A DNA stretch of 64,000 nt. Source: a virus (lineage: Duplodnaviria > Heunggongvirae > Uroviricota > Caudoviricetes). Position numbers and translations under genes: made by a program. The notes beneath the pieces are model-generated. The model was given only the letters and a program-made list of their open reading frames with translations. It made no database searches and was not told the DNA's origin. The number at the start of each line of letters is the position of its first letter. Position 1 is the stretch's first letter. The stretch lies in the IMG/VR virus record IMGVR_UViG_3300036884_000676; one strand, given 5' to 3'. Shown piece by piece: positions 1 to 8,974 of this stretch.

Positions 1-161
1 ATAATAGCGAATGAGTCTTGTGGATAAAATTTATAATCTCTTGCTATCGAATTAAATTTATGTTCGATTTCAGAAGATGTCATTCTATTAATGAATATTT
101 CACCATCCATTACTTCTTGATAAATGACTAAAAATGTTCTTTCTTTTTCTTTCTTTTTCAT
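1..161 (-). CDS. hypothetical protein, runs off the left edge
   Basis: Manual translation from ATG at 161 (MKKKEKERTFLVIYQEVMDGEIF...) stays open to position 1. Confidence 0.55.
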   Translation of the reverse strand, partial: MKKKEKERTFLVIYQEVMDGEIFINRMTSSEIEHKFNSIARDYKFYPQDSFAI

Positions 162-198
162 ATCTATTATATCATTTTTTCACAACAAAGTTTTGAGC

Positions 199-230
199 AA
201 AAAAAAGTCGGAACTGAGTCCGACTTTTTT
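199..230. terminator. intrinsic terminator after major capsid gene (bidirectional)
   Basis: AAGTCGGA-loop-TCCGACTT stem flanked by A and T runs. Confidence 0.85.
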
Positions 231-253
231 GTATATGGTAATTAAACCTACTA

Positions 254-2083
254 TTAGATTAAGTAACCATGTGTATCAGTAACTTTAATACTCATGTATT
301 GTTTTTCTGGGAAGAAACCGATATCAGATACTGCGTATCTTGAACGGATTAACATTCTTGGTGCCCATGTTGCTTCACTGATTAAACTGATAGACTGTGC
401 CATCAAATAAGGAATGAAAACAAGACCCGGCTGGTCAATTGTGTTCTTTCTTCCTACGAAGATTTGATTGTCATCCCATCTCATGTAAGGATCTACATAA
501 ATTTGGATGTTACCGATGTTACCCATTGGGTATAACTGACCGTTGGTGTTTAATTTACCAACATTGGTTGGGTTAAGTGTGTAACCAGCGATATCTTGTA
601 ATACGGAAGCGATGTTACCGTTTGTTACTAAATATTGAGCTGGTCCAATTCTACCATCAGTAGCGATGAAGTTAGAAGCGTTGTTGATCTTGGCAACTAA
701 CTTTCTTTGAATTGTGTGGGTTGTTTCACCACCCGGTGCGTAACCAGTTGCTGACAAGTAGGTATCAACATTGAAGTCAAATTTACTTGTTCCGTCTGCG
801 TTCTTTGGACAGGTGTTTGAAATTCTGTTCTTAGCTGCCAAACTTCTGATCTTAGCTACGATTTCTTTTGAAATAACCTGAGTTAATTCATTGATAAGAA
901 CACCTTCCAATTTCTGAACGATGTCCATTCCAGTAGCGGCTTTAATATCCTCAATTTGAGTTCTCTTTAAAGCTGAACTGATTTCGATGTCACCAACGGT
1001 AACAACTTTTGTGAATACGTCAGGACCAATAACACCCGGATAGGTCTTTTCATCCTGATATCTGTTCATTGCACCACCACCGTTTGACTTGTAGTTATCT
1101 CTGTCTGCGGCTGCTTGAGCTGACCATGCATCTTCGAAACCATTTTGTCCTGCTGAAAATCCCGGTAATTGATCTTCCAATAAGGAAACCAATGTGATTG
1201 TGGCACCAGTGATATAACTTGTCCAAGTTGGAACAACTGATGTAGTTGTACCTGAAGCGTAGACGAAACCACCGATTAAAGTAGTTGTCATGGCTGTAGT
1301 TTGGTCAAATGTATTCTTAGCTGCTGTCCAAGCTGAACCATCTTGTGGTAATACTGGACCAACTGAGAAACCAGCTTGACGATAACATCTGAAAATTGGT
1401 AATCCATCAATTCTGGAGAATCCTAAGAATTCCAACCAGTTTACTTTTGATGCTGTTCCCGGACCACTTATTAAGGTTTTACCACTACCACCAAAGGTTG
1501 TGTCACTACCTAAATAAACCCAAGTTCTCTTATCAATTCCACCAATTCTTTCTTGAATCTGATAAACACCTAATTGCCATTTCAAATCAGCGATGATAGC
1601 TGCTGTAATAGTAGCTGCTGTTGCACCACCACCTTGTAATTTGAAAACCAATGGTCTTTGTTCAGCTTCTTGATCTTCACGAGATCCATCACCATAAGCA
1701 TTATCGTATTTGAAATCTACGAATAACAACTCAATTCTTGGAGAAGCGGTTGGTTTTACAGCTACTAAATCTAAACCGATTGTTTGAGCTGCGATCTTCA
1801 TTGATACTGGAAGTAAATTCTGTGCAACATCACCACTACCGATGTTACCAGCACCTGCTTGCCATACTGAAGATGGGATAGTTCCAACTGTTGGAGCTAA
1901 AATGTTACCCATACCGTTTTGGTTAAGGTTGACATATGCCACGTTTTCATTGATATGAAGCTGGTGCATTTCAGCGTATTCGGCCATCCATTCTCTTTTT
2001 TCTTCGTCCTTTACTTTTAAGGCTTCGAGGATTGGTGTCCATTTCTTTAAAGCTTTTGCTTTGTCTACTATAAAGTGTGTCAT
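254..2083 (-). CDS. major capsid protein, T4 gp23-like
   Basis: C-terminal FIPYLMAQSISLISEATWAPRMLIRSRYAV resembles the gp23 PY...F.P......RY motif; VKP motif; directly follows protease and portal; putative maturation site INE at aa 44-46. Confidence 0.92.
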   Translation of the reverse strand: MTHFIVDKAKALKKWTPILEALKVKDEEKREWMAEYAEMHQLHINENVAYVNLNQNGMGNILAPTVGTIPSSVWQAGAGNIGSGDVAQNLLPVSMKIAAQTIGLDLVAVKPTASPRIELLFVDFKYDNAYGDGSREDQEAEQRPLVFKLQGGGATAATITAAIIADLKWQLGVYQIQERIGGIDKRTWVYLGSDTTFGGSGKTLISGPGTASKVNWLEFLGFSRIDGLPIFRCYRQAGFSVGPVLPQDGSAWTAAKNTFDQTTAMTTTLIGGFVYASGTTTSVVPTWTSYITGATITLVSLLEDQLPGFSAGQNGFEDAWSAQAAADRDNYKSNGGGAMNRYQDEKTYPGVIGPDVFTKVVTVGDIEISSALKRTQIEDIKAATGMDIVQKLEGVLINELTQVISKEIVAKIRSLAAKNRISNTCPKNADGTSKFDFNVDTYLSATGYAPGGETTHTIQRKLVAKINNASNFIATDGRIGPAQYLVTNGNIASVLQDIAGYTLNPTNVGKLNTNGQLYPMGNIGNIQIYVDPYMRWDDNQIFVGRKNTIDQPGLVFIPYLMAQSISLISEATWAPRMLIRSRYAVSDIGFFPEKQYMSIKVTDTHGYLI

Positions 2084-2106
2084 AGTTTATTTTTTTATTA
2101 TTTTTT

Positions 2107-2144
2107 TATTTATATATTTAATCAAAAAACTCACTTTTTTCCAT
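2107..2144 (-). promoter_or_regulatory. late promoter of capsid gene with upstream element
   Basis: Minus strand AATGGAAAAAAGTGAGTTTTTTGATTAAATATATAAATA; contains the T4 late consensus TATAAATA. Confidence 0.75.
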
Positions 2145-2187
2145 TTTACCTGAATTAGTGGTAATTAAACATATAATTTTAACAGAT

Positions 2188-4644
2188 TTAGTATCTGTTA
2201 AGAACATTTTTCATATGCTCAACTTGTTCATCAGAAAGTGAATAATTATCGTATGTATTTATGTTTTCATTCAATACTTTCTTTCCTGTGTTAGCTTGTG
2301 CATATTGTAGAAGATCTCTGGTTAACCAGAATGATTCTACTTTTTTCTCCGTAGTTAAGTCAGTATAGAATTGTGCTGTATCTAAAATACTTTCTTGTAC
2401 TTTCGGATTTAATTTTTCCCAAATTGGCTGTAAGTCACTTGGAATATTTTCAACCAATGTTTCATTTAATGATCTGGTTGGTTTGAACAATGCTTTCTGC
2501 ATTAATATAAGAACATCACTTTCGTTTGAATAATTTCCCTTGTTTTCGTTCATGACAAAGTTTACTTTTTCCTTATCTTCTGGAGTTAAACCATAATAAG
2601 CGGCTTTCTTCTTTTCAGGTAAGAATAATAAGAAGTGAGGATCTTCTGTCTTAGCGGCTTCGCGTTTTTTAGCGGCTTCGATGAGTTTCTTTATGTCTTT
2701 TGTTATCTGATTCGTATTTTCGTAAATTTTGGTTGTACCTAAAATTGTAAGTCTACTTTCTTCGACTTCAACTTCTTCGCCAGTATCTCCCATTTTTACA
2801 ACTACAATTTTTGTAGTATCATCTGTTGCGAGAACTTCACCTGTACGAGTTGGTTCTTCAGTAGCTCCTTCAGTACCTTCTGGTTGTGCTGTTTCTTCAT
2901 CTTTATCTCCCTTAACAGTAACAATCATACCCGGAGTAATACCTAAACCTGTTTCTTCTTGTGGTGGAACTTCCTCAGTATTTACACCTTCAGCATCCTG
3001 AGCTGGTGTTTCTTCTACTGGTGGTGTTTCACCTTGTACTGGTGCTTCCTGAGCTGGTTTTTCTTCAGCTGGAGGTGTTTCCTGAGCCGGTTCTTCAACC
3101 TTAGGTTCTTCTGTTGCACCATCTGCTGGTTTTTCTTCTGGTTTATCTTCATAATAATTTGAAGGATCATCAGTTGTCATATCACCAATGGCTTCAGTAA
3201 CACCTAATTTCTCAACAACTCTCTTTGTGTAGTCAATGTGTCTATCAATGACTTCTGCTTCATATTTTTGATAAGCGATAGAATCGGTAAGATTTTCAGC
3301 CAACATTTCTGAATAACGGATACCGTTATCAGTTTGTTCTGCTACATATTCACCATATCTGATAGCGTTATCTACATGCTCGGCGATGTATTGAGTATAA
3401 TCAACAATCTTTTCTGCACTTTCACTGATGTAATCGGCGTAATCAACAAGATTGTCAACCGTTTCGGCTACATATTCAGCGTACATAATGTTCTTATCGA
3501 GATGTTCTGCGATATAATCAGCGTAATCAGCTATCTTATCAAAGTTTTCAGCGATGTATTCACTATATTTAATAGTGTTTTCAGTCTGTTCAGCTACATA
3601 TTCGATAAAACTAATACCGTTATCTAACTTTTCAGCGATGTATTTTTGATAATCAATAACTTGGTCGGTTGTACCTGCTAAATAATCAATATAACCAATT
3701 GTTTTTTCGACTGCTTCTGCGATGTGGTCGTTGTGTTCGATAATGAGTTTTGTTTTTTCTTTGTTTTTCTCAACTCTTTCTTCCAGTTTGTCGTTTGTTT
3801 TCTTCAACTGTTTGTTTTCTTGAACTAAAACATTAATCGCGTCTGCTATCTGATCAAGATATTCGGCCATTCTTTTTTGACCCTCGGATAATGTTTCGAA
3901 TTCTTCATAAAGGCGAGAGAGTTTTTCCGGATCGAAATTCTTTGAATTAAGAGTTTCTTCAATGGAATTTTTTGTTTTCAATAACTCACTGTCTAAATAG
4001 GATTTGAACTCTTCCAATTTTGTCTGAGTTCCAATTTCGTTTTTTTCCATATTGAACAATTCATTTATTTTTGACTCCTCAGATATATCGAATATCCTGA
4101 AGTTTAAATTTTCATTGAATCCCAATGATTCATTCATGTTTTTCAATTCCATTCGGGCTGAACTAAATCCGGGGTCTGCAACACAATCATAGGTGAATAA
4201 CTTTTTAATTGTTACTTCACCATTCGATTCTGTTACACCGGCAGCTCTACTGGAAACGAAAATAGGTAGGTCATCATCTACAAGAGCTTGTGCTTCCTTT
4301 CCATAAAAGGTATTAGTTAATTTAATTTCTCCATCAACTCTATTGGTTTCCTTTATAAACCAAGCATTTTGAATTGTATGAGAAATACGAGTTAAGCTAG
4401 TATCAAATACATCTGGATGATCAAACTCTCCATAGACAACTTTTAACAGTTTTTTTCTTTCTAATAATTCACTAAGATGGGGTAAGAATTTCTCTGCGGT
4501 GTAAATCCTGTCATTTCTATTTCTAATATTGAATTCTGTAAAAATACCCTTCATGATATATAGGATATTACCCTTACTACTTACGACCTCATTGATTTTC
4601 TCCAGACCACCCAATGTATTATCAATTATTATTACATTTTTCAT
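2188..4644 (-). CDS. prohead protease (gp21-like) fused to scaffold/core protein
   Basis: N-terminal NRNDRIY, GEFDHP, SSRAAG and TYDCVADPGFSSA motifs of gp21; followed by 14-aa coiled-coil repeats and an acidic Pro-rich linker. Confidence 0.9.
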   Translation of the reverse strand: MKNVIIIDNTLGGLEKINEVVSSKGNILYIMKGIFTEFNIRNRNDRIYTAEKFLPHLSELLERKKLLKVVYGEFDHPDVFDTSLTRISHTIQNAWFIKETNRVDGEIKLTNTFYGKEAQALVDDDLPIFVSSRAAGVTESNGEVTIKKLFTYDCVADPGFSSARMELKNMNESLGFNENLNFRIFDISEESKINELFNMEKNEIGTQTKLEEFKSYLDSELLKTKNSIEETLNSKNFDPEKLSRLYEEFETLSEGQKRMAEYLDQIADAINVLVQENKQLKKTNDKLEERVEKNKEKTKLIIEHNDHIAEAVEKTIGYIDYLAGTTDQVIDYQKYIAEKLDNGISFIEYVAEQTENTIKYSEYIAENFDKIADYADYIAEHLDKNIMYAEYVAETVDNLVDYADYISESAEKIVDYTQYIAEHVDNAIRYGEYVAEQTDNGIRYSEMLAENLTDSIAYQKYEAEVIDRHIDYTKRVVEKLGVTEAIGDMTTDDPSNYYEDKPEEKPADGATEEPKVEEPAQETPPAEEKPAQEAPVQGETPPVEETPAQDAEGVNTEEVPPQEETGLGITPGMIVTVKGDKDEETAQPEGTEGATEEPTRTGEVLATDDTTKIVVVKMGDTGEEVEVEESRLTILGTTKIYENTNQITKDIKKLIEAAKKREAAKTEDPHFLLFLPEKKKAAYYGLTPEDKEKVNFVMNENKGNYSNESDVLILMQKALFKPTRSLNETLVENIPSDLQPIWEKLNPKVQESILDTAQFYTDLTTEKKVESFWLTRDLLQYAQANTGKKVLNENINTYDNYSLSDEQVEHMKNVLNRY
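3211..3735 (-). repeat. about 13 x 14-aa protein repeat, [YF]xx[YF][IV]AE
   Basis: YQKYIAE, FIEYVAE, YSEYIAE, YADYIAE, YAEYVAE etc. at an exact 14-residue period. Confidence 0.9.
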
Positions 4645-4667
4645 AGTCTATGGTTTCAATGCTTTTT

Positions 4668-4703
4668 TTATATATATTCACCAAATAATATGGTATTTTT
4701 CCA
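4668..4703 (-). promoter_or_regulatory. late promoter of protease/scaffold gene
   Basis: Minus strand AATGGAAAAATACCATATTATTTGGTGAATATATATAA, about 25 nt before ATG. Confidence 0.65.
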
Positions 4704-4731
4704 TTAAAAAGATATGTTTGACCTCAACTGA

Positions 4732-4742
4732 TTAATATATAA
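4732..4742 (+). promoter_or_regulatory. late promoter motif
   Basis: TTAATATATAA about 20 nt upstream of ORF 4762. Confidence 0.6.
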
Positions 4743-4761
4743 CAAGAAAACCCTTTAAAGC

Positions 4762-5106
4762 ATGCTAATTTCAAAGATTGTTCAGATTGTAATTACGAAA
4801 AGAAATATCGGATTTTTTCGTAAAAAAGGATACGATGCTGAAATGATGGATACCCTTAGTGTATTTGTGGGAGATTTACCCGAAAATAGTCATTGTGAAG
4901 TTGATGTTTCTTGTGATAATTGTAAAAAAATTAGAAAAATGAAATATTTTGAGTATAAAAGATATGGTGATAAATATATGTGTAGACAATGTTCGGAAGG
5001 TAAAAGGCAAGAAACAAGCATGAAAAATTGGGGGGTTGATAATCCCTCCAAGAGTGATATAATAAAACAAAAGATAAGTGATACCTTAAAAAAATTAAAA
5101 TCTTAG
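4762..5106 (+). CDS. small Zn-ribbon protein with WGVDNPSK motif (resembles homing-endonuclease N-terminal parts)
   Basis: CDNC...CRQC and KNWGVDNPSKS; has its own promoter motif. Confidence 0.6.
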   Translation: MLISKIVQIVITKRNIGFFRKKGYDAEMMDTLSVFVGDLPENSHCEVDVSCDNCKKIRKMKYFEYKRYGDKYMCRQCSEGKRQETSMKNWGVDNPSKSDIIKQKISDTLKKLKS

Positions 5107-6917
5107 ATAGTGGGTGTTTGTCCACCACCTTGTCCTTGTCCACCGGCCTGACCACCTCCACCCTGAGGTCCACCAGCTGGGCCACCCTGAGGAACACCAC
5201 CTTGCGGTGCACCACCCTGAGGACCACCAACACCACCTTGCGGTGCACCACCCTGAGGACCACCAACACCACCTTGAGCACCACCTTCAGGGGCACCACC
5301 TTCAGGAGGCGGAATTTCTCCACCACCACCCGGACCACCACCACCCGGCTCTTCTGGTGGATTTAATCCCTGCTCTAGCATAAATTTCTTTCGTTCTATC
5401 ATTTTATATTTCTCATTTTCTTCAATATCTTTATCAGTGAATTTCATGATATTACGGGCTATCCATTCAACACTTAAATATGGTTTATCTCCCATATCTC
5501 TTAAATTACTGGATAGATTGGCTGCTATTGATGCCCTTTTATCTAAGTTGGCTAAATATTTCCATTCTTCAAATAACACATCAGAATTAAACATTAACTT
5601 CATAGAGTTAAAGAATACAACATCTTTCTTTAATTCTGGAAAATTCAAAATCATTTGAATTCTCAAAGGTTTAGTAATAATTTCTTTAAAAATGGTTCTA
5701 ATACGATTGATAAAATTCTTGAACTTAATTTCATCTCTGGTTATCTGAGTAGTTGAGTCATATAATGTACCACCACCACTTTCTTCTTCGAATCTTTGGA
5801 ATGGAATTTTACTTGCTCTTTTAAAATTCTTAAAGAACCATTGTAAAGTAACATCTTCTGCTAGATTATTTTGTTCTGGTTTTACTATTTCGAATGATGG
5901 TGTTTGACCAGCACTTGATGGAAACCAGAAATCTTTTGCGTGAGGAATGTTTGTACTTCCATTCATCATAACCAATCCTAAGTGTTCATCCCATTGAACA
6001 TCTTCATGGTAATCGGACATTAATTCATAAATCTGTTGTTCGGCTTGTTGACGGGATAAACCATCAACTGGAATTATAAATTTTTTGTAAAGAGAAGCTT
6101 GATTAATATTGTATAATAATTTTGCCTGTTCAATCATTTTTAATTGATTAAAAGGTCTAATAAGGTTTTCAACATAACTTGTATCACCATATTCATTATT
6201 ATTAGAATATGATATGTATACAATTTGTGAATCCAATAATACTCTACGAAGTTGAGGATTATCTGGGTATTGAATCCAGATCATTGTATTGGATACTGGA
6301 TCTGTAGCCACAATTAATGTTATTGGATCAAGTGGGGCCAAATCTATGATATTTTTTTGACGATCATCATAAATGATTTCATAAGCGATATAACCATCAA
6401 TCAATAAACTTTTAAGATAATTCCAAGCAACGACACCATCAATAAAATTGAATTCGTTCATTAATCTATCAAACACTTCTTGATATTTTTGTCTTGTTGT
6501 TTGGTCGTAACTATCTGGTAAATCCTTTATATAACAAAATTTGTTATTGTCATCATATATAATACACTCATCACATATTTGAATGATGAAGTCCTTTATT
6601 TCATCTTTGATTGAATATTGTCTTAGAATTTTTCTTTTATCTAAATATGTTCTATCTAAATAGGCTATTGATTTCTTATCGAGAAAACGAGCAATCGTTT
6701 TTTTAGTAAATAAATCATACATATTTGTACTCTGGGGATGGTATAAAACATCACTCGTTTCTTCATGAACACCCAAGGCATAAGCATTTTTGATCTTCAT
6801 ATCATTATAATCAAGACCACCAAAAACATTAGATAATCCTCTTAAAACTCTGTTGAAAATTGTCGGGTTTTGTTGGGCTGACTGTTGACTTGAATAATCA
6901 CCTCTATAACTTGCCAC
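5103..6917 (-). CDS. portal protein, T4 gp20-like, with Gly/Pro-rich C-terminal tail
   Basis: NQLKMIEQA, DFWFP and ITRDEIKFKNFINRIR match gp20 motifs; synteny with head genes; GTG start. Confidence 0.93.
   Translation of the reverse strand: MASYRGDYSSQQSAQQNPTIFNRVLRGLSNVFGGLDYNDMKIKNAYALGVHEETSDVLYHPQSTNMYDLFTKKTIARFLDKKSIAYLDRTYLDKRKILRQYSIKDEIKDFIIQICDECIIYDDNNKFCYIKDLPDSYDQTTRQKYQEVFDRLMNEFNFIDGVVAWNYLKSLLIDGYIAYEIIYDDRQKNIIDLAPLDPITLIVATDPVSNTMIWIQYPDNPQLRRVLLDSQIVYISYSNNNEYGDTSYVENLIRPFNQLKMIEQAKLLYNINQASLYKKFIIPVDGLSRQQAEQQIYELMSDYHEDVQWDEHLGLVMMNGSTNIPHAKDFWFPSSAGQTPSFEIVKPEQNNLAEDVTLQWFFKNFKRASKIPFQRFEEESGGGTLYDSTTQITRDEIKFKNFINRIRTIFKEIITKPLRIQMILNFPELKKDVVFFNSMKLMFNSDVLFEEWKYLANLDKRASIAANLSSNLRDMGDKPYLSVEWIARNIMKFTDKDIEENEKYKMIERKKFMLEQGLNPPEEPGGGGPGGGGEIPPPEGGAPEGGAQGGVGGPQGGAPQGGVGGPQGGAPQGGVPQGGPAGGPQGGGGQAGGQGQGGGQTPTI
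5195..5276. repeat. 36-nt tandem repeat (about 2.3 copies) encoding GGPQGGAPQGGV
   Basis: caccaccttgcggtgcaccaccctgaggaccaccaa at 5195-5230 and 5231-5266. Confidence 0.95.
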
Positions 6918-6990
6918 AAATTGAAATTATTTTTTATTTCAGTTATCCACTGAATATAACCTATATATTATTTTATATTAATCAAAAAGT

Positions 6991-7806
6991 TTAATCTTTA
7001 AAGAGTTCGAAATGAGTTTCGAGCTGTCTAAGTTTTTTTAATAAATCTTTTTCATCACTGTCTAAATCACCTAATATTTTATCAAATGATTCTAATATTG
7101 CCTTAATTTTATCTTTTTCAATATCTATTTGAGAACTTTTATATGTTTCTATAATGTTTTTTCTATTTAACAATTTACAATCAATAAACATCATCCTCTG
7201 AGCAATCGTACTTGATATGGCATATAAATCTGGACTTCCTGATGAAAATTTATTTATTTTATCTGGATCATAAGCCGTCAAAGAATATTCATATCCCCCA
7301 TTCATCTTTAAAAGATTATATACAGCGTAAGATTCAGATCTCAATGGAACTTCATTTAGAACATTTTCCCCTTTTAAATGTATATTTTTATTTTTATCTA
7401 TTCTATCACTATTAGCTTTAAATATTCTATCAAAGACGGCTATTCTGTATTTATATGGCAAATAATCAAGATTAAGAGCATACATAATCATTTTTTTATT
7501 TTTTCCATATCTCTGAACTATTTTTTCCGATTCTCTGAAACCTAATACATAAATAGGACACCATATTTTCAAAGAAGGTACATATTTTTTATCGATATAT
7601 TTTTCCTCATAAAATTTATCACTTATGTATTCGTATTTTATCAGGTAAAATTTACCCGGTAATAATTTAGATGGTTTGGCAACCATAACCTCTTTGTTAT
7701 TGTTGTTAATCAAATCAAAAATGATATGAGTAGATTCATAAACACAAGTTTTCAAATTCTTGTTATATTCTCCCAATAAAGCGTAACATTCTTCAAGAAA
7801 TGTCAT
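6991..7806 (-). CDS. putative DNA end-protector protein, T4 gp2-like
   Basis: PGKFYLIKY...ALNLDYLPYKYR resembles the gp2 GxxY...GLNLHYLP motif; adjacent to gp4 as in T4. Confidence 0.55.
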   Translation of the reverse strand: MTFLEECYALLGEYNKNLKTCVYESTHIIFDLINNNNKEVMVAKPSKLLPGKFYLIKYEYISDKFYEEKYIDKKYVPSLKIWCPIYVLGFRESEKIVQRYGKNKKMIMYALNLDYLPYKYRIAVFDRIFKANSDRIDKNKNIHLKGENVLNEVPLRSESYAVYNLLKMNGGYEYSLTAYDPDKINKFSSGSPDLYAISSTIAQRMMFIDCKLLNRKNIIETYKSSQIDIEKDKIKAILESFDKILGDLDSDEKDLLKKLRQLETHFELFKD

Positions 7807-7809
7807 AAA

Positions 7810-8328
7810 TTAAAATAATTTTACTTTTGGATTGTCTTTATCTTCAAAAAACTTAGGTGTTATTATATAAAATTCAATCCCTTTTTTTTCACAAAATTTC
7901 TTAGCAGCTGACCACTTGATAATATTTTTCTGAAATGTTCTCAAAGCATATTCGTAATTCTTCAAGGATTTTGCTGTTTTTGTCTTAGGTTCTTTTGGTG
8001 GTTCAAAATTTCTATATTCACTCCAAGGTTTTATTTCTAAAACAACTATACGAGTACTACCATCACTCTTTTTAAATTCACAATAAGCGTCAGGATAATA
8101 ACGATGTGTACTCCAATTTCCATGTTCATTAACTTCATATGGAATTGTTAATCCCTCAGCTGACCACTTTAAAACTCTATTATTGTTGTCTAAATAGTAA
8201 TAGAGTTTCCTTTCCCAAGATGATCTAAAATAAATTCTTTCAAGATCTCCCAAATATTTATCTGGGTTCATACAAACATAAAGACCCTGATGGTATTTTT
8301 TATTATTAGGTGGATGACTATTTCCCAT
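7810..8328 (-). CDS. head completion nuclease, T4 gp4-like
   Basis: QGLY..MNPDKY.GD...I.FRSSWE, WSAE...IPY, HRYYPD, EIKP, N..KW.AA..FC. Confidence 0.92.
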   Translation of the reverse strand: MGNSHPPNNKKYHQGLYVCMNPDKYLGDLERIYFRSSWERKLYYYLDNNNRVLKWSAEGLTIPYEVNEHGNWSTHRYYPDAYCEFKKSDGSTRIVVLEIKPWSEYRNFEPPKEPKTKTAKSLKNYEYALRTFQKNIIKWSAAKKFCEKKGIEFYIITPKFFEDKDNPKVKLF

Positions 8329-8343
8329 AAACTATTTTTATTT

Positions 8344-8724
8344 TTATATATTAAAAAATCCCTCACCATCATTACAAGAGTCCAAACTTATTGTGGGAAT
8401 CCCCTCTTGATTTGATTTTTTATTCAATAATTTATTATACCCATCCGCTGCCCCTCTTTTAAAAATTTCAGTGAAATAGGGCATTGCTACTTTAAATTTT
8501 TTATCATTGAAACTATTCCAATTTAAATACATGAATAATAATCCAGATTGTAAACAATCTTTTTTATCATCCTCAGTTTTGTAACGGTGTTTTAATTTTA
8601 CAATAGTGTTATCACCAATTAATTTAATCATTATTTCAGCTTTTTTAGTTAAAAATCCCTTTCCTTTTGATAATACTATTTGATAATAAAAATCATCTTC
8701 ATCGAGATATCCTTTTTTTGACAT
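8344..8724 (-). CDS. short late sigma factor, T4 gp55-like
   Basis: DCLQSG....LNWNSFN..K...AMPYFTEIFK resembles the gp55 region-2 motif (D......NF...K...F.YFT.I); located next to head genes. Confidence 0.7.
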   Translation of the reverse strand: MSKKGYLDEDDFYYQIVLSKGKGFLTKKAEIMIKLIGDNTIVKLKHRYKTEDDKKDCLQSGLLFMYLNWNSFNDKKFKVAMPYFTEIFKRGAADGYNKLLNKKSNQEGIPTISLDSCNDGEGFFNI

Positions 8725-8862
8725 ACATTAGTTCTTGCTTTTTTTGATCTTATAGTGAAATACCATAAAAATCAAGGAAGATAAAAGAATCTGAATAGGA
8801 GTAGGAAGGATTAAAAAGGAATATAAATTTATCGGTCAATTTTCAAACTTTTCTTATTTTTC

Positions 8863-8886
8863 GACATATATTATAATATATATGTC
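8863..8886. promoter_or_regulatory. perfect 9-bp inverted repeat overlapping a TAATATAT motif upstream of the sigma gene
   Basis: GACATATAT-tataat-ATATATGTC. Confidence 0.5.
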
Positions 8887-8919
8887 ATTTTATAAATTTT
8901 GTTTAATTTATTTTCAATG

Positions 8920-8956
8920 AAAAACCACCGACAGAAAAATCCATCGGTGGTCTTTT
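8920..8956 (-). terminator. intrinsic terminator
   Basis: ACCACCGA...TCGGTGGT stem with T run on the minus strand, downstream of ORF 8975-10264. Confidence 0.75.
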
Positions 8957-8974
8957 GTTTTTAAGAACTAAAAA

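Noticed and set aside
5195-5276. 36-nt repeat as CRISPR array
   Set aside because: Copies are directly adjacent with no spacers and lie in frame inside the portal gene.
4931-5383. Overlapping repeat-rich ORFs 4931-5344, 5114-5383 and 5118-5366
   Set aside because: Alternative-frame or antisense shadows of the portal's Gly/Pro repeat tail.
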